This document shows positions 25,538 through 32,055 of a stretch of 45,198 nucleotides of DNA, piece by piece. A model generated the notes under the pieces. That model saw nothing but the letters and a program-made list of their open reading frames with translations, was not told the origin of the DNA and did no database searches. Each line of letters opens with the position of its first letter. Position 1 is the stretch's first letter. Location: the NCBI GenBank assembly GCA_051891975.1, contig JBJFFT010000017.1, positions 1 through 45,198 of the forward strand, read 5' to 3'. The stretch comes from Candidatus Spyradenecus sp. GTDB lineage: Bacteria > Verrucomicrobiota > Kiritimatiellia > RFP12 > DVOR01. The position numbers and the translations under genes are program-made.

Positions 25538-27503
25538 TTGGGGAGAGGGTGAGGCCGTAGAGCCAAAGGGTGTCGTGGGAGCCTTCCGGGCGGAGTTCGA
25601 GGCGCAGGGTGTGCGGTCCGGGGGGCAGGTGATCTTGCAGGATGTAGGGCCAGGGCATATAGATGTAGTGGCTCCAGGGGGTGAGGGTCTTGCACACTTG
25701 CCACGGGCCGCCATCAATTGACCAGGCCACCGGTGCAGAGCGCGGTCCGGCAATGACATAGAGCCCTACGAGCGGGCCCTCGAAGGTGAATGAGCAGGCG
25801 GCACCTTCCCCGACGAGTTTGAGCACCGGGCAGTTGAAGAAGCGTAGGCGCGTCTCCTTGGGCTCTTCGGGCTTCCAGCAGGCTAGCTTTTCGCCGCCGA
25901 GCACCTCTGTGGCGGCAGCGGCGGGGAGGAAGCAGCCGTTTGCCCAGGCATCGGCGCGCAGGAGCTCGGGAAGGGTGGCGGGGGCGAGGGGTTGGCCGCT
26001 GCGGGCCAGGCGGTCGGCCGTATTGAGTAGACGGCAGACGGCGCGGTAGTAGAGGCGCTGGCCGAAGGGTGAGGGGTGGAGGTTGCGGAAGTCGCGCGCC
26101 CAATCGAATTGCCCGGCGGCCAGGCGGTCGGAGACCTCCTTGGCGAGGTTGATTTGGGCCACGCGGTAGTGGGCGGCGATCTGCTGGTGGCAAGCGATGA
26201 CCTTCGGTGTTTGCCCGGCGGCGTAGTCGGCCGTATGGCGCGGTTCGGCGAAGTGCAGGCAGACGAGCCCGGCCTCGGGGTAAGCCTGGCGCAGGCCGCG
26301 CACGGTGCCTTCGTAGGCGCGCGCCACGTCGTCGAGCGGGAGATTTTGGTCGTTGACCGCGGCCTCGAAGAAGAGCAGGTCCACAGGGCCGTTGATGTGC
26401 TCGCGCCAACGGAAGACGTGGCTGACCGAGCCGAGCGAGGCGATGCCGAGGTTGTCGAAGCGGAAGTTCACCCCGGGATAGCGGCGGCGCAGACTCTCGG
26501 CCACGCGGTTCTGCCAGCCCGGATTTTGGGTGATCGAGCCGCCGAGGAAGACCACGCGCGCCTCTTTCAGGCCGGCCAGACGGCGCAGTGCCGGCGCCAA
26601 CGCCTCGGCGTCCTGCTGCCAGGTGGCCTCCACCACCGCGCTCAGGGCGGGCAAGGGGGTGTTCCACTCGATGAAGTCGACCGTCTCGCGGACTGCGTCT
26701 AGCGGGAAGTGGTGCCCATCTAGCGCGTAGGGGCCCTTGTTCCAATGGAGCGCAATCTCGCCGCCGGCCCGCTGGAAGCGCTCGACGAAGGGCAGCGAGT
26801 TGTACTTCGGCGGCACGATGCGGTCCTCCGCGCCCAAGGTGTGCCAGATGGGCACGCGCGCCTGGGCCAACTGCTCGGCGTAGTTCATCGGGATGTCGCG
26901 ATACGCCTCGGCCGCTGCGTCGTCGGCAAAGCCGTAGACCCGCTTGAGCTCCTGCCAATCCCCCTCCGAGCGCGTGCCGCGTCCGTCGCGCCCCTCCGGC
27001 CAGGAGGTGAAGTCCATCACCGGCGTATCCCCGTAGATGGCCGCCACCCGCTCGGGCCAACGGTGCGCGAAGTTGTAGATGAAGAGCCCGCCGCGCGAGC
27101 AGCCGTAGAGCACCCCCTTGGGATTGAGCGCGAACTGCTCGGTGACGGCGCGGTAGAAGCCATCCCACACCGCCATTGCCGTCGGCGAGCCGTAGAGGTT
27201 GGGGGTGTCGATGTAGACCGTGTGGTAGCCGCGCTCGAGCAGTGCGCGCTCAATCTCGTTGTGGTATCCGGGGAAACGCGCGCGCCAGATCCACGGCCGC
27301 CCCGGTGCCGCCACCTTCGGCTCAATCACCCACGCCGAACGCCCCGCGAAGGTGAAGTGCGTCTGCCGAAAGCCGCCCCACGTTGCCTCGCGCCCCGGCC
27401 CCAATGGCCCGACCGCCCCCTCCGCTGCGCCCACCGGCGCGCCCACCGCCAACACGGCGGCCGCCAGCAACGCCAATCCAATCCGTCCAGTTCTCCAATG
27501 CAT
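25515..27503 (-). CDS. secreted multidomain carbohydrate esterase (alpha/beta-hydrolase + SGNH/GDSL-like hydrolase + C-terminal beta-rich domain)
   Basis: Signal peptide MHWRTGRIGLALLAAAVLAVGAPVGAAEG. Hydrolase region (YGCSRGGLFIYNFAHRWPERVAAIYGDTPVMDF). SGNH blocks (VVFLGGSITQNPGW, FFEAAVNDQ). ATG 27503 preferred over the TTG at 27509. Confidence 0.65.
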   Translation of the reverse strand: MHWRTGRIGLALLAAAVLAVGAPVGAAEGAVGPLGPGREATWGGFRQTHFTFAGRSAWVIEPKVAAPGRPWIWRARFPGYHNEIERALLERGYHTVYIDTPNLYGSPTAMAVWDGFYRAVTEQFALNPKGVLYGCSRGGLFIYNFAHRWPERVAAIYGDTPVMDFTSWPEGRDGRGTRSEGDWQELKRVYGFADDAAAEAYRDIPMNYAEQLAQARVPIWHTLGAEDRIVPPKYNSLPFVERFQRAGGEIALHWNKGPYALDGHHFPLDAVRETVDFIEWNTPLPALSAVVEATWQQDAEALAPALRRLAGLKEARVVFLGGSITQNPGWQNRVAESLRRRYPGVNFRFDNLGIASLGSVSHVFRWREHINGPVDLLFFEAAVNDQNLPLDDVARAYEGTVRGLRQAYPEAGLVCLHFAEPRHTADYAAGQTPKVIACHQQIAAHYRVAQINLAKEVSDRLAAGQFDWARDFRNLHPSPFGQRLYYRAVCRLLNTADRLARSGQPLAPATLPELLRADAWANGCFLPAAAATEVLGGEKLACWKPEEPKETRLRFFNCPVLKLVGEGAACSFTFEGPLVGLYVIAGPRSAPVAWSIDGGPWQVCKTLTPWSHYIYMPWPYILQDHLPPGPHTLRLELRPEGSHDTLWLYGLTLSPTPPASRP

Positions 27504-27648
27504 ACGCAATCCTTTCTATGCCCCTTTGGCACGCCACTATGATACCGCCTCCCGCGCCCCCGCTCCCGCAAAAAGTTCATCTTTTTTGCCCCTGCATACA
27601 ACACAACGCACCCCCGCCCCACCCTCCCGCAACGCACGCCCTTCCCCC

Positions 27649-27749
27649 GCTGCCGGCTCGAAATCCGCCCCATATTCGCCCCCTTGCATAACAATAACCC
27701 CTTGCCCAAGAATGCGTTAGGCGGTTTTATGCAAAAATGAAGTGGCACT
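27649..27749 (+). repeat. ~100-bp direct repeat, left copy (flanks the second ATPase gene)
   Basis: ..GGCTCGAAATCCGCCCCATATTCGCCCCCTTGCATAACAATAACCCCTTGCCCAAGAATGCGTTAGGCGGTTTTATGCAAAAATGAAGTGGCACT is repeated at 29016-29114 with about 6-7 mismatches. It contains the inverted repeat TTGCATAA (27684-27691) / TTATGCAA (27727-27734). Confidence 0.85.
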
Positions 27750-27797
27750 GGACATTTGCATAGCCAGCCTCTATAATATGCACCAACGAGGCGTTTT

Positions 27798-28973
27798 ATG
27801 ATTGATCGACAGATAGAAGGTTACGTTAAGAAGCTGATGACTGTCTTCCCGGTGGTCAGTCTGTTAGGCCCACGACAGTCCGGTAAAACGACGCTAGCGA
27901 AGAAGGTTTTTCCGACATTTGGCTATGTCACCCTTGAAGATCCGCTATTACGCCGAGAAGCACTGGCCGATGGGCGTGCCTTTCTCGAGCGTTTCCCCGC
28001 GCCGCTGATTATCGATGAAGTGCAGTATGTGCCCTCACTCTTGAGTTTCATCCAGGTGAAGGTCGACCAGACTCCCAATACGTATGGGCAATACGTGCTA
28101 ACCGGTTCTCACCAGCCGGCCCTCCGAGCGGGGTTAGTGCAGTCACTGGCCGGTCGTGTGGGGATTTGCCAAGTCTATCCGCTCTCCTTGGTGGAGTTGA
28201 TGGCCGCAGGGTTCACGCCCGAGTCCCCGGAGGCCGTGGTCTACCGGGGGCTTATGCCGCGCCTGTACAACAACATCACCTCCATTATGGATCCGCGCGA
28301 CTTCTATCCGAACTATGTGGCCACCTATCTAGAGCGCGACGTCAATCAGTTGCTGCAGGTCAAGAAGCGGCACCAGTTCGATATCTTCTTGCACTTGCTG
28401 GCCACGCGCGTAGGGCAGATCCTAAACGTGGCCTCCTTAGCGAAAGATGTTAGCGTCAGCGCCGGCACCATCAAGGAATGGCTTTCAATTCTAGAGGCCA
28501 GCTTCATCATCACCTTATTGCCCAGCTACCAAAAGAACTACGGCAAGCGCTTCATCAAATCCCCAAAACTCTTCTTCGTTGACACGGGCATCCTCTGCCA
28601 CCTGCTTGGCATCAGCGACGATGCCGCCCTGCAACAGACGCCGCTTATGGGCCACCTCTTCGAAAACCTGGTCGTCCTAGAGGCTATCAAAGCGCGGCAA
28701 GGGCTTGGCCTGCCCACGAACTTCTACTTCATCCGCGACAGCAATGGCTTGGAAGTCGACCTCGTCTCGGAACGTTCAGGGCATCTCTCCCTCTTTGAGA
28801 TCAAGCTAACAACCATCCCAACAAACTCGCTCGGAGCCTCCCTGCGCAAACTCCGCGCGGTTATCCCCGACATCGAGCGCACCGGCATCATCTATTCTGG
28901 ACCGACCAGTGAACACGAGAGCCTTCCCTTCATCAGCTACATCGAAACTGCGCGCCTTATGACAGACGCATAA
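27798..28973 (+). CDS. AAA+ ATPase of the AAA_14/DUF4143 type (second copy, visibly lower GC)
   Basis: VVSLLGPRQSGKTTLAKK (Walker A), LIIDEVQYVP (Walker B), and a DUF4143-like C-terminus (FENLVVLEAIK..EVDLV). TATAAT at 27772-27777. Confidence 0.75.
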   Translation: MIDRQIEGYVKKLMTVFPVVSLLGPRQSGKTTLAKKVFPTFGYVTLEDPLLRREALADGRAFLERFPAPLIIDEVQYVPSLLSFIQVKVDQTPNTYGQYVLTGSHQPALRAGLVQSLAGRVGICQVYPLSLVELMAAGFTPESPEAVVYRGLMPRLYNNITSIMDPRDFYPNYVATYLERDVNQLLQVKKRHQFDIFLHLLATRVGQILNVASLAKDVSVSAGTIKEWLSILEASFIITLLPSYQKNYGKRFIKSPKLFFVDTGILCHLLGISDDAALQQTPLMGHLFENLVVLEAIKARQGLGLPTNFYFIRDSNGLEVDLVSERSGHLSLFEIKLTTIPTNSLGASLRKLRAVIPDIERTGIIYSGPTSEHESLPFISYIETARLMTDA

Positions 28974-29015
28974 GGCACCTACCGCCCATTCCCCAACTGA
29001 ACTCGCGCGCCCCAC

Positions 29016-29114
29016 CGCTGGCTCGCAATCCGCCCCATATTCGTGCCCTTACATAACAATAACCCCTTGCCCAAGAATGCGTTAGGCGGTTTTATGCAAA
29101 AATGAAGTAGCACT
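29016..29114 (+). repeat. ~100-bp direct repeat, right copy
   Basis: See 27649-27749. Confidence 0.85.
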
Positions 29115-29159
29115 CTCCCCTCCTTCACCCGGGGCGGGGCGCTGCGCTCCCAGCGGACC

Positions 29160-29251
29160 GCGCGCGTGCCGCGAAGGAGGAACCGGCACTCCATTGGCCG
29201 GGCTGTCCTCCTCCGGCGACAGCTTTCTCGCCTATCGCCCATCGCCTATCG
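29160..29251. repeat. E-element copy 3 (core + CTATCGC heptamer arm)
   Basis: GCGCGCGTGCCGCGAAGGAGGAACCGGCACTCCATTGGCCGGGCTGTCCTCCTCCGGCGACAGC shares GCGCGTGCCGCGA and TTGGCCGGGCT.TCC.CCTCCGGCG.CAGC with 3301-3364. It is followed by CTATCGCCCATCGCCTATCG. Confidence 0.7.
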
Positions 29252-29302
29252 AAAACTCCACCCGCCCCGGGTCGAAGGTGAACTAGGCCCGGGTCGAGGG
29301 TC

Positions 29303-29352
29303 AACCCGGGCCTACCTCGAGGCGAACCCGGGGCGGACAAAAATGTAAAGCG
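29303..29352 (+). repeat. 50-bp direct repeat, copy 1 (second copy 29501-29550), bracketing the iteron array
   Basis: AACCCGGGCCTACCTCGAGGCGAACCCGGGGCGGACAAAAATGTAAAGCG occurs twice. Each copy is preceded by CCCGCCCCGGGTCGA. Confidence 0.85.
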
Positions 29353-29388
29353 CCCCGGGCCCAAAACGCACCCGCCCCGGGTCGAACT

Positions 29389-29476
29389 ATTAAGTCCACC
29401 ACTTATCGGAAATAAGTCCACCACTTATCGGCGATAAGTCCACCACTTAATTCCGATAAGTCCGGGACTTAATAAT
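29389..29476 (+). repeat. four 22-bp iteron-like units, each an ATAAGT-N5-ACTTAT palindrome
   Basis: ATTAAGTCCACCACTTATCGGA / AATAAGTCCACCACTTATCGGC / GATAAGTCCACCACTTAATTCC / GATAAGTCCGGGACTTAATAAT. CACCACTTATCG is identical to the flank plus start of the first origin DnaA box (43850-43861). Confidence 0.8.
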
Positions 29477-29500
29477 TCCCCCCGCCCCGGGTCGACCTCG

Positions 29501-29550
29501 AACCCGGGCCTACCTCGAGGCGAACCCGGGGCGGACAAAAATGTAAAGCG
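29501..29550 (+). repeat. 50-bp direct repeat, copy 2
   Basis: See 29303-29352. Confidence 0.85.
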
Positions 29551-29580
29551 GGGCGGATGGGGGACGAACCGGGGCCGGAC

Positions 29581-29606
29581 TGTCGATAAGTGGGCACTTA
29601 TCGACA
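29581..29606. promoter_or_regulatory. perfect 11-bp-arm palindrome made of two inverted DnaA-box-like 9-mers
   Basis: TGTCGATAAGT gggc ACTTATCGACA (TGTCGATAA 29581-29589; TTATCGACA 29598-29606). Confidence 0.6.
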
Positions 29607-29630
29607 GCCTCCTGCGTGGCAGGTGGAGTG

Positions 29631-29661
29631 AGTGGTTGTTGCAAAAAATGCAACAACCACT
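29631..29661. other. 13-bp perfect stem-loop with A5 loop
   Basis: AGTGGTTGTTGCA aaaaa TGCAACAACCACT. There is no flanking U-tract, so it is not called a terminator. Confidence 0.6.
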
Positions 29662-29763
29662 CTGGAGGAACATTTCTTTCGGCTAATGATCGCTCGTTTA
29701 ACTGCAATAGCAGAAGACTGAAGCAAGATGAGGGCAAGGATTGTCGGCGCACTGGCGAGAATA

Positions 29764-29772
29764 TGGTATAGT
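29764..29772 (+). promoter_or_regulatory. extended -10 (TGGTATAGT) upstream of the DUF3800 gene
   Basis: TGG + TATAGT (29767-29772), 33 nt before ATG 29806. Confidence 0.4.
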
Positions 29773-29805
29773 GCACTCGTATTTGCCATTCTGCTCAGAC
29801 ATATT

Positions 29806-30636
29806 ATGTATCTGTTCTACATCGATGAATCTGGTAATCGAGACACGCAGCATCTCGAGCGTGAGCGTTTCTATGTATTGACTGCTGTTGGGATGTTCGA
29901 GCGCAACTGGAAGTCTTTTTACTTGGATCTCGCCAAAGCTAAGCGTGCCATTCTCGATAGAATCAACCGGGAGAACGCTCTCTCCTTGGAACTGACCATC
30001 GATGCCGAGGTCAAGTCTACCTACATTCGCAACTGTGTTGCCCGAGAGAAGCATCCCTTCTCATACTATCAAACAGAGGCTGAACGTCAGAGCCTGGTTG
30101 ACCTTTTCTATCGTCAATTGGAGCTGCGCCGTGCGACACTCGTCTCGGTAGTTATCGACAAGCAGAGGATCAAGCCTAAGAGCAAGCTGCATAATCAGCA
30201 GGAATTGCACAATAAGGCCTGGGAACTTCTTTGCGAGCGGATTGAACACTTTATGCGCGAGTGTCACGATAAGCACACCGCAATCTTGATTACCGACGAC
30301 GTGAGCAAGCAAAAGAACCTGCAGACAACCATCGCGCACGTTAATCTTTATCGAATAGGCTCGACGGCCGGCGTTAAGTTAAAGCACATTATTGAGATGC
30401 CGCTCTTCGTCAGTAGCGCCACCTGCGTTGGCGTTCAGTTGGCAGATCTGTGCGCTTACAATGTCTATCGACGCTTTACGGCTAATGACCCTGACTACCC
30501 CTTCTTCAGGAAGATTGAGCCTTACTTCTACTCTTCGGGACGGACGCCGGCACAAAAAACGGACGGATTGAAAGTCTTTCCGCCCGAGCAAAAACAAGAA
30601 GTTGAAGTTCGGCTGGGATTATCCATATCGAGCTAA
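29806..30636 (+). CDS. DUF3800-family protein
   Basis: MYLFYIDESGN.. is the typical DUF3800 N-terminus (the track ORF starts earlier, at 29728). This is the most AT-rich coding region in the window by eye. Confidence 0.7.
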   Translation: MYLFYIDESGNRDTQHLERERFYVLTAVGMFERNWKSFYLDLAKAKRAILDRINRENALSLELTIDAEVKSTYIRNCVAREKHPFSYYQTEAERQSLVDLFYRQLELRRATLVSVVIDKQRIKPKSKLHNQQELHNKAWELLCERIEHFMRECHDKHTAILITDDVSKQKNLQTTIAHVNLYRIGSTAGVKLKHIIEMPLFVSSATCVGVQLADLCAYNVYRRFTANDPDYPFFRKIEPYFYSSGRTPAQKTDGLKVFPPEQKQEVEVRLGLSISS

Positions 30637-30727
30637 CTAGTAGCACCGAACTGTCATTAGTGTATAACAAGGCCTTCGCCAAAGTCAACTTAAGGGCATA
30701 CATTTGGTTGGTAGGAGACGCATTGTC

Positions 30728-30830
30728 GACTGCGAGCGAAGCGAGCTCCTCGCCCACTTCACGCGCCGAAGGCGCACCTCTCGGCGGCCCAGCCGCCCCC
30801 GCGCGCGAATGCAGAGCGAGCATCAGAGGC
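30728..30830 (+). repeat. H-array upstream of the DHQS-like gene
   Basis: GCGAGCGAAGCGAGC TCCTCGCCC ACTTCAC GCGCCgaaGGCGC ACCTCTC GGCGGcccaGCCGCC ... Confidence 0.75.
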
Positions 30831-30834
30831 GGGC

Positions 30835-30864
30835 TTGCAAGCGCGGGGGAAGAGAATGTGATAT
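30835..30864 (+). promoter_or_regulatory. promoter candidate for the DHQS-like/kinase operon
   Basis: TTGCAA (30835-30840), 18-nt spacer, TGATAT (30859-30864), only 12 nt before ATG 30877. Confidence 0.4.
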
Positions 30865-30876
30865 GCTGTAAGCACG

Positions 30877-32037
30877 ATGAAAACGATTGAAGAGCGTTTT
30901 ACGGTGGCGTATAGCTATCCGGTGGTGTTTTGCAGGGACCTTTTTGCGGAGGGCTCGGAGCTGTTGTGCGAGGTGCTGAACCGCGAGGGGGGGTCGGGGC
31001 CGAAGCGGGTGTTGGTGGTGATGGATCGCGGGGTGGAGCGGGCGCAGCCGGGGTTGGCGGGGAAGGTGACGGCGTGGTTGGTGGCCCATCGGCGGGAGGT
31101 GGAGTTGGTCTCGCCCATTGAGTATGTGGCCGGGGGCGAGTTTTCCAAGAAGCAGGATGGGGTGGTCGAGCGCTTGGTGAAGGTGGCCTATCAGACGCAC
31201 TTTGGGCGGCAGGATGCCTTTGTGGTGATTGGCGGGGGGGCGGTGCAGGATGTGGTGGGGTTCGCCGCCGCTCAAATTCACCGCGGGTGCCGGGTGGTGC
31301 GCGTGAATACCACCACGCTCTCTCAGGCCGACGCGGGGGTGGGGGTGAAGAATGGCGTGGATTATGCCGCGGCAAAGAACTTTCTGGGGACCTTCGCGCC
31401 GCCCTTTGCGGTGATTAACGACGAGTTGTTCTTGCCGACGCTCTCGGACCGGGATTGGCGCAATGGGATTGCCGAGGCGGTGAAGGTGGCGGTGATTAAG
31501 GACGCGGCCTTTCTGGCGTGGCTGGCCGAGCGGGCCGAGGCGTTGCGGCTGCGCGAGTTGCCGGCGATGGCGGAGTTGGTGGAGCGGACGGCGGCGTTGC
31601 ACTTGGCGCATATCGCGGCCAGTGGGGATGCCTTTGAGCGGAGCAGCACGCGGCCGTTGGACTTTGGCCATTGGAGCGCGCACCGGCTGGAGGCGATGAC
31701 GTGCTATCAGCTCTCGCACGGGGAGGCGGTGGCGATTGGGATTGCGCTGGATATGGTCTATGCCTCGCTGTTGGGGTTGGTGACGCCGGTGGAGAGCGCG
31801 CGGGTGGTGGCGCTGCTGCAAGCGTGCGGGCTGCGGGTGTGGTGCCCGGAGCTGGCGCTGCGGGGGGCGGATGGTCACCTGGCGGTGTTGGAGGGGTTGC
31901 GGCAGTTTCGCGAGCATTTGGGCGGGGAGCTGTGCGTGACGTTGCCGCAGGGTCTGGGCGCGAAGACCGAGGTGCACGAGATGGATGAGCAGTTGATTGA
32001 GAAGGCGGTGGCGCTGCTGCGCGAGCGCTATGCCTAA
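30877..32037 (+). CDS. 3-dehydroquinate synthase-family / sugar-phosphate-cyclase-like protein (divergent)
   Basis: GGGAVQDVVGFAAA (NAD-binding glycine motif), VNTTTLSQADAGVGVKNGV (compare PTTLLSQVDSSVGGKTGVN of AroB), AEAVKVAV, DFGHWSAHRLE and SHGEAVAIG (putative metal ligands). The deviations from AroB consensus are why I do not call it aroB. Confidence 0.65.
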   Translation: MKTIEERFTVAYSYPVVFCRDLFAEGSELLCEVLNREGGSGPKRVLVVMDRGVERAQPGLAGKVTAWLVAHRREVELVSPIEYVAGGEFSKKQDGVVERLVKVAYQTHFGRQDAFVVIGGGAVQDVVGFAAAQIHRGCRVVRVNTTTLSQADAGVGVKNGVDYAAAKNFLGTFAPPFAVINDELFLPTLSDRDWRNGIAEAVKVAVIKDAAFLAWLAERAEALRLRELPAMAELVERTAALHLAHIAASGDAFERSSTRPLDFGHWSAHRLEAMTCYQLSHGEAVAIGIALDMVYASLLGLVTPVESARVVALLQACGLRVWCPELALRGADGHLAVLEGLRQFREHLGGELCVTLPQGLGAKTEVHEMDEQLIEKAVALLRERYA

Positions 32038-32055
32038 AGCAAAGGAGCAGAGCAG

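Noticed and set aside
27326-27748. Minus-strand ORFs 27326-27748 and 28979-29242 sharing the peptide LHFCIKPPNAFLGKGLLLCKG.NMGRI
   Set aside because: The shared peptide is a translation of the ~100-bp direct repeat. The rest of the two ORFs is unrelated and low-complexity, and there is no start or SD context.
27649-27749. Direct repeats around the second ATPase gene considered as integron attC sites (they contain GTTAGGC, which fits the GTTRRRY core)
   Set aside because: There are only two copies. I could not define a matching inverse core or the L/R box arrangement. No intI integrase or attI is in the window, and the enclosed gene has its own promoter-like sequence.
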